Notes under the pieces: model-generated
What the model saw: only the letters and a program-made list of their open reading frames with translations
Database searches by the model: none
Told to the model about the DNA's origin: nothing
Translations under genes and position numbers: made by a program
Part shown: piece by piece, positions 12,815-29,400 of the stretch
How positions within the stretch are numbered: position 1 is the first letter of the stretch
Layout of the letters: each line of letters opens with the position of its first letter
Source of the DNA: the human T2T-CHM13v2.0 reference genome, Homo sapiens
NCBI RefSeq assembly: GCF_009914755.1
Contig: NC_060925.1
Length of the DNA stretch: 64,000 bases
Strand: one strand, 5' to 3'

Positions 12815-13559
12815 CATGCATCCAAACAGCCCCCATACACATACATGCATATACCTGCATGTGCACACGCACTGTCCTGCACACACACATTTCCAAACAC
12901 AAACACCAGGTTACCCACGTGGAAAAGGGCTTATAGGAGACAACAGTGAGAATTAAGCCCTTTCTTATCCCGCCTTCATTTCCAGGAGACTCTCTCTTGC
13001 TGCCAGCAGAGAGGTGAATGTGAGATATTTGCCCCAAAATTCTTTAATAGACTTCACGTCCTGCAGCCTCTGGCCCCAGAGTGGCAGGGTTTTCTGGAGC
13101 CTCCTCTGAGCAGCTCTGACAGAGGGCTCCAGGGCTGATTCAGATCACAGCTCCTTCAGAAAGGAGGAACAGGCTGTCACCTTGTGACTTGGAAGCAAGA
13201 ACAAAAGGAACTGCAGAAGTGGCATGGGTGGGGCAGGGTGGAGCTTCTCCAGCCGTGGGGGCATCTGAAGGGCACGGGCTCTGGGTCCTCTCCCTCCACA
13301 CCCTGGACAATTCATCCAGGTGAGCAGGTATCCGAGACTCAGTGAGGCTTGCCCCACAGAAGCGCCCACGGCCATGTCTGTCCCTGGACTGAGCTGGGCC
13401 TTCCTCACAGAAAACCTGCCTCTGCCTCCCTGTGAAGTGGCGTGACATGGGCTCTGGGCAGATGTCACATGTGTCTTGGACATTGGTGGCTAGATATGAA
13501 CATGGGCTCAGTAAAGGGGTATAGCTCACGGGGTTGGAGGTGGGAGTGAGGGTGGTGCC

Positions 13560-13770
13560 CAGGCTCTTAAACCAAACGACCTGGACTCCAATCGTATCTC
13601 CACCATTCCTAGCTTCTCTGTGGCTCAGTTTACACATCTACAAAATGGAAACTGCAAGAGTGCCTACTCTACAGGAGTTTTGTGAGGATGAAATGAGATC
13701 ACTGCTATGACAGGCCCTAACTCAGTGCCTGGCATAGAAGCCACAATGAATGGTAAGTGCTATTCCTACC
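13560..13770 (+). mobile_element. MIR SINE
   Basis: ctcagtttacacatctacaaaatgg...ttgtgaggatgaaatgagat...cagtgcctggcatag. Confidence 0.75.
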
Positions 13771-14468
13771 ACTTTAGACGACTAGCTCCTAAGGGCTAAA
13801 GCTGTAGTAGCTAGCTTTGTTCAATTTTGTGCCCCAGGGCTTGACACATAGTATGCATTCAATACAAATAATAAATGAATAAACTAATGAATGAGGATAG
13901 AGAGGGCAGAATGAGTAAGAATGAAGGTCTCCAAGGCCTTTAGGGGCATGGATCAGGGTTAGATTACAAGACAGGTGGGGGCTGCTAGATGTCACGAGTG
14001 GCGATGGTGTGTAAAGCCCCTTCCATGGACATGGCTCCTGTGGCTTCCCAAGCATGTTCACATCTGCTGTTGGTTAAATCCTCACTACTGTCCACATTTC
14101 AGAGATGGTTTAACTAAGGGTGGCAGAGGATGAGTTGGCTCTTTTGACTCCAAATCCCAGGAGCTCTCTATGAGTCCCATAGCTTCTCTCAGAGTGAGGA
14201 GGACTTCTGAGATCCTCTACTCCAACTTCTTTCTCATGGGAAGATAAATCTGAGAAGAAAAATAACCATCTCAAGATCAGTGAGGAGGACCCTGTGTTTA
14301 TTGAATCTGAGCTCAGTGCATCCTCCCAGGTCCCCTGAACATCCTGTGACACAGGCATGATCTAATCCATGTACCTGCAAGCTGGAGACACATACAGGTA
14401 AGAAAGAATTCCAGTACAATGATGATAGATCAATACCAAATTAAAACAATTAAAAAAGCCTTCACAGT

Positions 14469-15224
<756 letters not shown>

Positions 15225-15436
15225 ATTCCAGCACTCAAGTCACAGGCATGGGAAGAAATCAGCCTGTGTACATGTGAGATCAAAATATCTGGATGAAGAG
15301 GAAAAATGAAAAAATCCAGCCACCCAATCAACAAGCATTTGTTAAGCTCCCACAGCAAGCCAGTGTTCTATGCTAATAGCTAGGGTCATAAATATAGATA
15401 AGATGCAGACCCTACCCTCCAAGGGGCCACAGTCTA

Positions 15437-15813
<377 letters not shown>

Positions 15814-16239
15814 CTAAGTTCATGGAGAATTGGAGGCTTCTAACCCAGACTGGAGCGATCAGGCAAGCAGAGCCAAACAGAAGCCCAGGAGCCTTTTGGA
15901 AGACTCATTCCCTGCTGCCTATTCAAACCAATATGGTCTATCCATTTTGGTGAGAGTCTCAGCCTGTTCTCTAGGTCCTAAGCAATTTAGCTCTGCCCCC
16001 ACATTTGCATCTTCTCTCCCAAAGCAAAAGTCTAAAACAGACCTTCCTATTCTCCTTTTCCCTTGAGGGTCTTATTCCCTGCCAACAAACACACACATAT
16101 ACTTCCAGCTGTTTCTCAAAGGATTCCTTCCAGGACCTGAGGGAGTTCTGCTAAACAAAATTTCCTCCATGTCTGTACATTTCCAGTGAAAGATGTAAAG
16201 CTTTTTATAAGGAGGTGTCCCAGGCAGCAGCTTGGCTGG

Positions 16240-17620
16240 GTCGTTCCCTAATCTGGTGCAGCAGGGAAGTATCCCTGAAGGAGATGACAGTTGTGTTGAG
16301 TTTTGAAGGAAGAATAAGTTTGTGTATGCAGGGTGAAGGGTAGAAAGGAAGCTCCAGAGAGACCTACATGTGCAAGGTGTAGGATGATGAAAAAGCCTGA
16401 CTTGCTCAAGAAACGATAAGCAGTTCCCCATGGCTGCCATAGAAAGATAGAAAAAAAGAGTAGCCAAGTAACTAGGGAGGCCAGCAGGCCCCAGGCTGGG
16501 GAGGTGCCTCAGACTGGCTGTTGTCAAGTGGATCCCAAGGAGGACAATGGAAGGAAGCTAAGAAGTTCTTTGGGGGTAGAGAGTACAGAGGTAGGACAGC
16601 TATAGGCTTGGGGAGGAAGAGAGGGAGACAATCCTGGCTTGGTCCTGAGTACAGCTTCCTCCTGTTGCACACCTGTGTGTTCATCTAACAATGATTTGTG
16701 TTTAGAGATGAGATCAAAGGGGCTTGATCACGTGTGGTCTGTGGGCCATGGCGGGCACTTAGGATTTAATTCTGAGTGATATTGGGAAGCCACTGGAGAG
16801 GAGGAAAGATAGACTGAACGGACTGGAAGAAGTCACATTGGGGCTGGGTATAGACAGGTAGCTGTCTGAAGCCTGAACCTTGGGGCCCTTTGATGCTCAG
16901 GGTTGGGAGATAATAGGGATGTGCAAAGGGGACTGAGGAACAATCAGAGGATGAAACCAAGTGGAGCAGGAGCTTCAAGGAGGAAGGCACAGCCACCTGC
17001 CACCTGCTGCTACTGAGGGTGGAGGACTGACCATTGGATTTGACATTGTGGGGGCAGAGGAGTCATGCTGGCAGAGTCAGGGTTTGAAGCCTGATGGCAG
17101 TGTGCTCAAGAGAGAGTGGGAGGAGAGGTCATGGAGACCAGCAATGACTACTCTCTCTGGGAGTTTTGCTTCAGAGGGAAGCAGAGAAATGGGCATGGAG
17201 CTGTCAGGGCAAGTGAGATCCAAGAGAGGGTTCTTTTAAGATTAGATATATTATTAAGCATTGCATTTATAGTGGGAATAATCCAGTCATGATGGGAGAA
17301 GTTGACAAAGCAGAGGACATCTCCAGGGTGCTGTCCTTGAGGAGGTTCGAGGGGATGAAATTCAGGGGACAAGTGCTGGCCAGCCTTGCACAGGAGCTGG
17401 GGTGCTTCCTCCACTGTCACCAGAGAGAGGACAACCACCACCGAGTGGGCACAGATGCAAGGAGGTCTATAGAGGTGGGGGCGGGAGTTTGGGAAGTTCA
17501 CTTCTGATTGCTTCTGTTTTCTCAGAGAAATAAAAAGCAAGGTAATCAGCTGACCATGAGGAGTGGGGAAGAGTGGCTGGAGGTGATTTCTCCCTGAGGT
17601 TATTTTTCCCTCGGGGGCAG
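16240..17620 (-). mobile_element. LINE-2 fragments
   Basis: ttgagttttgaaggaagaataag; gggaagccactggagag; ccattggatttgaca; tctgattgcttctgttttctcag. Confidence 0.6.
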
Positions 17621-18214
17621 CCTGTGGGCTGGACCTCACTGCATCTGTCCTGACTTACTGGGGGTAAGAAGAAAGGACACAGGTGCTTCTGCCCTGAGCT
17701 GTTGGACTCTCCCACACCTGCCCAGCACCCTAGAGGGCACATAGAGTGCTCCACTAGCAGCCCAGACCACTCATCACTTTTCCTGTTGTCCAGAAATAGG
17801 CCCTTAGGGCAAAGAGTGCCCAGCCAGCCCTGTCCCCCTATCCAGCCCTCCCCACAGGCTTTGGCTAGTCCCAGCTCTGGCAAGTGAAGGAGTGGCAGTG
17901 GTGGAGGAAGTGGCTGAGAATCACAGGAATTCTGCAGGTGTCTTCTGGAGGCAGTGCCTGCAGCCAGCCCTGCTCACAGCCAGCGACAAATCTTGTACCC
18001 AGAGACTCTTTGGTGTTACTGCTAAACTGTGTGATTACACTTGTCACACATCTCGGAGGAAGGCAGAAAGGCTTCCCGTGTCTTCAGGTGCCTGCATGAT
18101 GGAAGAGGAGAAGCCGCTGTCAGCTCGGGTCTCCTCCTCCCTCCCTGACTCTGGCTCCTGCTTGCAACAGTGGGATGGGACAATGTGGGGACAAACCTCC
18201 AACCTCAGCAAGAG

Positions 18215-18440
18215 CAACTTGTTTAGGGAGCTAGGCCATGTGCCATCTGCTCTGCACCCAGTAGCTCATTTAATTCTCATGATGGCTGCAAGTTAGTTCT
18301 AACATCACCCACACTTTACAAAGGATGGCCCTGAGGCTCAGAGAAGTTACTTGCTCAAGGCCACCCATCTGGGAAATGGCAGAGAGAGGACTTGAATCTA
18401 GGTCCTTCTACTGAGACATCTGCCATTCTGCTCTTTGCTG
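18215..18440 (-). mobile_element. MIR SINE
   Basis: ctcatttaattctcat...ctgaggctcagagaagttacttgctcaaggccac. Confidence 0.8.
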
Positions 18441-18629
18441 AGGCCATTTCTTTATTTATAAACCTCCCACATCTGCCCAGGACCCCAAATAGCCCAGAGA
18501 GTGCTCCACTAGCAGCCTGGGGCCTCTACAGTTCTTCTCAGCACTTCTCCTGATAGGGTTTTCCAGAAATGAATCACTAAGGGCCTTAAGTGCCCAACCC
18601 TGTCCAGCTCTCTCCCCAGCCAATCCATT

Positions 18630-18780
18630 CAGGGTCAGACTGTCTGGGTTTAATCCTGTCTCAGTCATTTACTACATAAGTGACCTTGGACATGGCACAC
18701 AATGCTTCCTAAGTCTCTATCTCTCCATCTGTAAAATGGGGCTGTGATAGTGTTTCTCTCCCAGGATCGATGCAATAGCC
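18630..18780 (+). mobile_element. MIR SINE
   Basis: ctgggtttaatcctg...gtgaccttgg...catctgtaaaatgggg. Confidence 0.75.
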
Positions 18781-20179
18781 TTTGCCATGCTGAGCCTCAT
18801 CCTCCTCTTCTCAACATGCCCCAGAATATGGCATCAAAACCCCAGGTGAGGGCAGGACCAGAGCAGGCCATCTCCTCCCTCATTCTAGATACCAGACCTC
18901 TACTGATACAATCTCAGAGCCACATCCCTCCTTTGGTTCACATAAAGCTTGTGGACCCCTCCGCCTCCCAGGTCTTTTTAACATAAATATCAACAAGCTA
19001 ATTGAACTTTACCTTAAAGAAAGTAAGTACACCCAAGCTGGGAAAGAGGGAAGTACAAAGCTCTTTTCTGGAGGTCTGTGTGGTAGCATGCACCTGTTCT
19101 CATTATCCAGGAGCCATCAGATAGGTGTTCTATGGAGATGAAGTTGATTGTAAATGCAAATTGGGAGTGGGCTGGAGATTGACTGGGAGGAAGCAAAACA
19201 GTGGGTGAAGGCCTGGAGGTGGGAAGCAAGTGATGAGCAAGAGAGAAGGCAGAGTCAGAAAGGAGCCAGAGCCAGGCCTGAGTTCCCCACTGCAGGAGAT
19301 GAGGTTGGGAGAAGCCCTGCTGCCAGTTCAGCAAAAGCTCTGCAAGCGTGAGAACCAGAAGAGCCCTGGAGAATCCTGACAAGCTGAGGTGGCCGCTTAG
19401 CACCATGGTGGGGACTGTGTGGCCAGAGGAGGCCACCAGCTACTGCAAAGACCAAAGGGACCTAATGTGCACTGAGCATAGTTCATTTAATTCACACACA
19501 AACTTGTGAGGCCAATGTGATTATGCCCCTCATACACACAAGGCAATAAGGTCACTTGGCTCTATGCCTGGAGGGAACGCCCCAAGAAAGCATTTGCGAA
19601 AGCTTCTTGCAAACTTCCAATGACAGAGAGCTCAGGCCCATAATTATGAGGCTCTATAACTAGTGCATGTTAACACCAGGTTCACACAGGTAGATGAATT
19701 TGACTCCATAGCCGTGGTACACAGGACTTGGAAATCTCCTGATGGGCCTTCCCAACTCTTGGACCAGGCTTTCTGTAAGATGCTTCAAATATGATATCAT
19801 GCCTCCCCTCATGCTCTCTGCCCCAGAGGAGAGCTTTGAAAGCCAGGTGCTACAGGTTGGGGAGGACAGCATCTGTGGTCTGCCCACCAAGAGGTCTCAG
19901 ATTGTGGAAGGAAGAGCCTGTTACTCTGGGGCCACTTGTGGTTGGAAAGGGACTGGGCTGGGCTGGAGTGAGACAGAGAAACATAGAGAGACAAGAGGTG
20001 GGAGAGGGGAGAGGGAGCTGAAATCCAACAGGCTCTCCTGAATGGACTGTCCTATGGAGCCCAAGAAGATGTCAGTTTTTTCCTCCACCTGGAACAGCAA
20101 AAAGTTAGAGATCCCCTGATTATGGGGACCCCGAAGCTATCAGCAGGAGGAGGCAAACAAGTGAAGATACGGAGCCCAG

Positions 20180-20290
20180 TGGATGGCACATTTACCAACC
20201 CTTCATACTCGGCCTACAGCAGACATCACCAATCAATCATGGCACTCTTTCTTGACAAGGCTGGATGGTGGTTTTAGACAACACCACATA
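20180..20290 (+). mobile_element. hAT MITE fragment (MER117/MER102-like)
   Basis: gcagacatcaccaatcaatcatggcactctttc; related pieces at ~24870-25010 and ~29550-29700. Confidence 0.55.
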
Positions 20291-21699
20291 CCCTGAGGGC
20301 CTTGAGCCCCGGTGGATAAGCCTCTAGCAACAGAAACATTGTGGACAGCTTGGAAGACCAGACTGAACTTGACCCTGGAGGTCAAGGGCAAATCTCTAAC
20401 AGAACCTTAAAACCACTTTGACAACTCATTGGCTCAGGAGACAATTAGGTCATTTGGTGCATTTGGGACCAGACTTCTTGTCTTCCTTTCTCCTGGCATT
20501 GGTCACAAGTGGCCAGTGATTGAGCCCTGAGCCCACAGAGAACAGGACGTGGCAGAGACCAGCATGCCACCTGTATTCTCCATTCTGGCCAGTGTTCTAT
20601 ATCTTGTCTATGTGGGCTTAGGGCCCAGCACACAACAGCTGCAATCAATGCTTGGGAAACTGAATGACCAAGGCCATGGTGCCAGCTCCACTCAGTGTCT
20701 GGCCTCTTACTTTCCTGGAATAATCTAATCAAAGACTCAGGACTATTTTTAACTGATTAAGAGGGTAGTCTGGAATCAGGATTTCTGTTTTAGCAGCTGC
20801 ACTGCCGACAAGGTGCTACTACAAACAACTGCAATTATTCTCGAACACTCAGAGCAAGTGTCATCTGAGCTTCTGCTGGCCTGACAAGAGCTCCCGTTTT
20901 ATCGTTGTCAGCCCCTCTACACTTGGCCATTGGGATGAATTAGGGCAGCAGGAGAGACAATCATCTGCTAAGGGTATCCTTACAGCCTGAGCCTGCACGA
21001 TTAGCCGAATGTTCTCAGTATCACTTACGGGACAGGAGGTCCCCGTGGCAATGCAGTCGGGATATGATTGCTGACTTTAAATAATGAGGAGCCTCCAGAT
21101 CCATGTGCAGATCCAAAGCTGCGGCTCTGCCTAGGAAACAGCCACTGAGAGCATAGGGGAGGCTGAAAAAAATGAATGCTTGAAGGGGACTGAGGCCAAC
21201 TGTGCACCCAGAGACTGGCCTGGGAGGAGAATAGTTAGCAATGAACACTCCAACATGCTTCTCCACTCTGGCCAGCTTTCGGAGCTCCACCCTACATTCC
21301 CTCTTGCTATAGAGGGTTTTAGGGCAGAGGAGGCACATTCCAGCATCCCCCATCCTCTGCCTATGGCAAGCATTGCTAGTTGATCAGGGCATTCTTTATT
21401 GCCCAGGCTGCATGTAGATTGCCTCAATCCAGAGCTCCAGCCAGGCACTATCAATTGAACACGTGATAAAACTTAGTCACTTGTCTTGCTTTATCATCTT
21501 TTTATGGTAAAGTTGTGTCAGAATGGGAATTATTGACCTTCCCACTACTGGCTATGAAGGGCCATCTTGGCATTTGCTTTGCCTTTCATGTGCTAGTGCA
21601 GGGCACTAGAGAGGGCACTGTGGTTTCAAGCAGTATGCTTGGTGCCAGAAGGCTGGGAGTGCCTGACCCATGTGGGACCTTATCAAGTGCTGATTAGAT

Positions 21700-22255
21700 A
21701 GGGGGCATTTAATATTTTGTCTGCCCAGCTTGCAGTATTCTGCAAGCAGCTGCCCCTTCTTTGGTATAACTCCTCTCCACTATCCAACAATGATTGTGGT
21801 TTTGATGGGACTGCCATTCATAAAACCTACCCTATGGCTACATTGACCTGTTCAGATGTAGACAAAACATGAACCAGAGACCTTTGCAAAGACAGACAAA
21901 GGCATTCCTTGAGAGTTTTGGACCCAGAACTAAGAGAAGAGGGGCTGGCCCTCTTTGGAGGTTAAACTGTGGAGTATAATGCAAAGAAAATGCCAGTGGA
22001 CATTTCTTGACAATAGAAGAAGTTAGTCAGAGGGGATATTGTGAACACATAAATGAGCAAAATGGAACAAGAGAGGTAGAGGATAAGAAAGATAAAGATA
22101 GAGGTAAGAGGGAGAGACAGAACCCAGTTCCTCCTCTCCCCCAGACCAGGCTATCCCTCCTCAACACTCACATGAGTCTTCTAATAAATTTCCCTTTGGG
22201 GCTACTTTCTTGAAGCTGGGTTTCTGTCACTTGAAACTAAGAACCTGGACATGTA
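21700..22255 (+). mobile_element. Old ERVL/MaLR-class LTR, family uncertain
   Basis: aataaatttccctt...tgggtttctgtcacttgaaactaagaa LTR 3' signature. Confidence 0.55.
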
Positions 22256-23014
22256 CCACTGCATAGCAAAGACCCACAGGAAGAAGATAAGACTCCTGGG
22301 CAAGACTCCTGGAGGCAAGCCTCAGCAGCTCCCTAGGATAATCGTCTACCGTGGGATGCAGGTAGTCATGGCCCTCAGAGGAGCCTGACCTCGCTGGCAA
22401 CCACAAATATTGAAGGGATCTGGACCATCCCACTTTTTATGAAGTTCACTTCTGTGGGCTGGTCCTGGGATGCCATGCTGCCTAAACCCATGGTCCTCTT
22501 GTGTATCATGAGGTCAACAGATTGTTCTAAGATTCGGTGAGGCAGGTTGATCTCTGTGTTCTCTACTTTGCTCCAGGGTTCTCATGGAGTGGGATAATAT
22601 GCTGGGTACAGTAAGGAATGCATACATTCCTGGTAAGACAGGCCAAATCTCAGCATTGGCCTCATGCCTAGAGCGGCAGCATTTCACACTCTTCCCTGCA
22701 GGACACACACTTCTTAAAATAGCTAGGGTAGTACAGAGTCTTCCACAACACTCACATAGTCATCCATGGTTTCAGCACAGGTCTGTTGGCACCTACTGTC
22801 TGCTAGATCAGGAGATGGGCACCTCAGGTATGTGGTCCTGGCCTTGAGGAAGGCTCAGGCTAGTGGGGCACAGAGGCACATAATAGAATACAGTGCAGTC
22901 ATTTTCATCAGACAGGGGTGTAAAGGATCTTTACAGGGGTGTAAACGGCATAGAGGGAAAATGGCAAGTCAGCCTGAGGGATCAGAGCAGGCGTCACTAA
23001 AGAAGTGACCTGTT

Positions 23015-23960
<946 letters not shown>

Positions 23961-23999
23961 CTAGGTTCTGCTGTGGTCTTCATTCCATTCTGGCATTGT

Positions 24000-24230
24000 G
24001 ATACAGTGGCCAGGAGCATTAACTCTTGGTATCCAATAGACCTTGGTTCAAATCCCAGCCCTATCATTTTCTGTGAGACCTTGGGACTGAGGTTGACTTC
24101 TCCTCCTGTAAGATGGTGATTATGATATGTACCTCATGGTATTATAAAGTTCAAATGAGATCATATATGTAAAGAACATACTACTGACATACAGCAAGTG
24201 CTGGATACAGGATGAAGATTATTATTCTTA
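24000..24230 (+). mobile_element. MIR SINE
   Basis: ggttcaaatcccagcc...gtgagaccttggg...aaatgagatcatatatgtaaag. Confidence 0.75.
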
Positions 24231-24309
24231 CAGCCTAAGTTTCTTTGTGAGCCAACCCAGGCTTCACATTGGCTATGAAAAGTCAATTTAAGAGTAGACA
24301 AAAGAATAT

Positions 24310-24720
24310 TCATGGCAAAAAAAGGGGACCTTGACAATCTAGAGGGTGAATTGAACAAGATGAAACACATGCAGGAACTTGCAGGGGTAAATGCAAAGTC
24401 TTAATCTCGGGTAAAGAAAATCTGAACAAATGCAGACAGGCTGAGACACAGAGCTTGGTTGCAATTACATGAGACAGATTTGTAGTGTTTAGACAACTGA
24501 CCAACATGTATCACTAGGGTGATGTGTCACTAGAAACAAACACAGTCTTTGGCTGTATTAATAGAGTCAGAGTACATAGAAAGAGGGAGGTAACAGTGCT
24601 GTTCTACTCTGTGTTGACAGCCCACATCTACAAGATTTAACTTGTGAAATCCTTATCATGAGAGGATACAGCTATACTACCTTGAGTTCAGAAAAACCAA
24701 CCAATATTGGGAGAGAACTA
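24310..24720 (+). mobile_element. L3/CR1 LINE fragment
   Basis: taaatgcaaagtctt...tttggctgtattaatagag...gagggaggtaacagt...tctactctgtgttg, typical of the CR1 RT 3' region. Confidence 0.7.
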
Positions 24721-25245
24721 AGATAACAACTAATATCTATGGTTCTTTTAACATGTGCCAGAAGTCATTCAAAACACATTCTTAACTCTTTCCCCAGCAG
24801 GATAGACTTGGACTTGCAGAAGTGGGGATGGGCTATGTAGAATCAGACTTGGTTTTAACAATGGCATGACAAGAATGACAAATGTGGGGCACTCATGCCA
24901 TTATCAGCCCCTCCCATCCCTTGGCAGACATCACTAGTCAATTACAAAAATTGATCTCACTGATCCCAAATGTGGTTTCTAAAACATCCCCTTCAACCCA
25001 TATTGCACTCAATCAAAGATAAATCCTATAGGTATGTCAATCACCACATGGACAGGATGGGCAAGTGGTGACTGTGCTGTGAATTGTAGCCAACCAAGAA
25101 GAGACGGAACTTCTTCTAAAGTGAGCTGAGAAACATAAGAGAAGGCTGGCAGAGCCTCCTGGAGGCAGACACAGCCCAGCCGCTTATTCTTTGCCTCACA
25201 GGTACAGAAACTTGGTATTGTTAATGCACCCAGAATGGATCCAAC

Positions 25246-25682
25246 TGTGTGACAGAGACAATACTGTATGTTCACCAAGTCCCATTTTATTTTCTTCTTC
25301 CTGGGCACACAAGAAGACTACATTTCCCAGCTTCCCTCACAATTAAGTTGTGGCCATGTGAATGGGTTCTGCCCAATGGGTGAGAGCAGAATCGGTAGAT
25401 ATCACTTCTAAGCCAGATCATAAAACCCACCTGGGAGAGTGATTATCCATGCTTTTTCTTCTCCTTCATCAGTGACCTTGGAGGTCAGGTACTGAAGACA
25501 TCCGCCGGGCAAGATGAAAGGAGCCTGAATCCCTGAGTCACCAAAGAGGAAAGCTCCAAGGGTTACTACCCAACCCACATCAGACTGTGACGTGAGCGAA
25601 AAGTAACCTTTGTTGTGTTAAGCTACCAAGATGTCAGAGTATATTTATTAATGTGGCAGAGCCCAGCCTAGCCTGACTACAG
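25246..25682 (+). mobile_element. MaLR LTR (MLT1J-like)
   Basis: actacatttcccagcttccct...ggccatgtga...aggagcctgaatccctgagtcacc...ctttgttgtgttaagc. Confidence 0.8.
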
Positions 25683-25702
25683 CAGATTGACACAACTCTG
25701 TG

Positions 25703-25886
25703 TGTGTTTCTCCAATGTGGACTGGGATCACCGGCATTAGAAACACCCAAGAAGCCTGTTAGACCTGCATAGTCTTGGCTCCACTTCAGAGGACCTGGAA
25801 GCATAGATGCTGGGAGGGCCCAGGAATTTACAATTTTAGCAAGTAGCCTAGTCATTCTTATTCTCCCTGAAGTTTCAAAACCACTT
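25703..25886. mobile_element. MER5-type hAT MITE
   Basis: gtttctccaatgtgg...gggcccaggaatttacaattttagcaag...gtttcaaaaccact. Confidence 0.65.
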
Positions 25887-26499
25887 GCTGCTCAGCCACC
25901 CTCATAGAAGCCAATTTATCACTTTATAATGAGAAATAGAATTGTCAAGCAGAGCAGAACCTGGGGTCAGCTGACCAGTGCTATCTTTTCCCACGGACAC
26001 ATGTAAATGGAAAGAAATGGAATTCCCATCTGAAGGCAACTTGGGGGTCTAGAATTAGATCCAGAGAGTTGATAAAGGAGATCTTAAAGGATGTCAGCAT
26101 GAGCCATGGTGGTCTGAGACCCTCTTCCCTCCACCAACCATCACTGCACATTCATTCTGGGGTGATGTCCTGTGCAGACCAAATAGGGCACCTTCTTCCC
26201 AAGACCATGCTGGAAGCATCGAGACAATGCTGGGCTTCTGGACCCATTCTCTTTACACCTTAAAGACCACCCCTTCTGCCTCCCCAGCCATTCCTCAGAC
26301 ACGGGCCAACATAATGAATTAGGGAATGCCCATGAGGCCACCCCTGGAGATGTCACACAGTGCCTGGGTATCTCCTTACCATGCATCTTCAGCATGGGGC
26401 TCAGCAGGGAGGGATGCACATACCTGCACCTGCTGTATAGATTGAGTCTCACCTGGCCTTCACCTAAGGCATAAGGCTACCTGCTCCCCAAGTCTGCTG

Positions 26500-27150
26500 A
26501 CCATGGGCTCCAGGGCCCATGGATTTGAGTCACAGCTCTGCCACATACTGAGTGGGAAAATTGGAACAAGCCACTTCATCTCTCCAAACTGCAGTTTCTT
26601 TGCCTGTCAAATAAGGATCAAATAATAGCCACCTTTCACAGTTGTGATGGTTGCATGAGATACATATTTTTTGACAGCCCCAAGCCTCACCCTACATATA
26701 GGATGTTCAATAAAACACCGAATGGACTGTGTGACATGTGTGATGTTTGTGGTGGGAGAGGCAGAGGGGATGGACAGCATGGAGATTAAGAGTCTGCATT
26801 TTCAGGTTAGAAAGGCCTCTGTTTGAATAGTCAAGTACTAACTGTGTGGCCTCAATTTCCATAGCTATAAAATGGGAATGGGAATCCCTTCATCACAGGA
26901 TTCTTGTAAAGATTAAATAAGCTAAGTGAATGGAAGCCATTACTGTGTATCTGTATGTGTATGTGTATGTGTGTGTAACCTGGTGAATAGATGTTGTGTT
27001 TGTGTATTTGTGTGTGTGATAATATCGTTAACATTTCTTGGGTGCTTCCTACATGGCAGGCACTCTTCTAAGCACTGTACTTAATTCACTTGAATTCTCA
27101 CAACAATCTGAGGCAGACAGTCTCTCATTTAACAGATGTGGAAGTTGAGC
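26500..27150. mobile_element. Cluster of three MIRs (two +, one -) around a TG-rich tract
   Basis: MIR cores at ~26520, ~26850 and ~27090; TG-rich run at 26945-27018. Confidence 0.65.
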
Positions 27151-27948
27151 TGTAGAGTTTACTTATGTTGACCTCACTGAAGGTATCCATAATCCTTCCA
27201 TTTCTCCTCTGATGCTGCTTTCCCCGCTCTGGTGCCAAGAGGTGGGAAGAGTAGATGCAGCCCCTAGCCCTTGGTGGAAGCCCAGGGCTCACCTTGTTCA
27301 TCCCCCAGGAACCTTATGTCCTGGGGAGCTCCATGTAGGTTTTGGGTGTGAAAAGTGGGAGTAGACGAGCAGAAGACACAGGGTTGTTGTCAGTTCTGCA
27401 GAATCCCAGAGCCCTGGAGCCTTGAGAGGTCGGTATGTCCACTGCCTATCCTTGAGCTCTGGCAGGACCAGGACTGACCTGGTGTGATTTCCTTGTGATT
27501 TGCAGAATACATCCAGGGACCTGGTAAAGTCATAAAAAGCAAGGCTGTCATGCCCTGCTACCCAGTGATTCCTTCTTAAGTGCTCACCTTAGAGAAATGC
27601 TTGCCATGAGCACCTGGAGACACCAGCAGAAATCTTCACAGCAGTGGTGATCATAAAACCCCAAACTGGGTGAGCAGGGTGGATCAGAGCCACTTTGTGG
27701 ACTACTACACTTACAGCCATATGAATATCCTGCAGGAATCTTAGAAACAAAGTTGATGGAAAAGTTGCTAAATACATACACTTTTTTTTTGATTTACAAG
27801 AAGCCACTGACTCTACATTTTTAAAGAAAACAAGGGAATGATAAACCTAAAATTCAGAGAGTCACCTGTGGCAGGGAACGGGGGCCCCAGTTAGAGAGAA
27901 GCACCCCAGAGTTTCAGTGGCTTCAGAATGTTCTAGCTTTTAGGTTGA

Positions 27949-28639
<691 letters not shown>

Positions 28640-28773
28640 GTTGGGGTGGAAACACTGGTGTTTGTTTTGTTGTCTTCATAACTTATATATTATTTATATA
28701 TATACTATATATATAGCTTTTATATAAATCGGATTAAATGAACAGAATAAAATAAATGAATTTCTTATTCTTT

Positions 28774-29068
<295 letters not shown>

Positions 29069-29169
29069 TGCCTTATTCTTATATAGCATTAGACAAGCAA
29101 TTTCATATGATAGTAACAACCAATTTCCATCCTGTTTGTGTTGAGTTCTTACCATCACATTAGAAATGG

Positions 29170-29400
29170 CAAATATTCATAGTATTTTTTGGACCAGGTC
29201 CTGTTCTGAGCATGCTACATGTATTAACATATTTAACCTCCATGCAAATCTATGAGGTAAGTTACAATTATTATCTACATTTTGTAGCTGAGGAAACTGA
29301 GTTAGAGAGGTTATTTTGCCTGAGGACACACACCCACGCAGGACTCAAAGCCAACCTGCTCTACTCTTGAGCCTCCGTTCCTAGCCCTTGGGCACCACAG
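29170..29400 (-). mobile_element. MIR SINE
   Basis: atatttaacctcc...ttttgtagctgaggaaactgag. Confidence 0.75.

Noticed and set aside
14330-14397. Possible 68-nt exon (cctcccAG...CAG/GTAAGA)
   Set aside because: Good donor but a short pyrimidine tract; no partner exons or coding signal; such sites are common by chance
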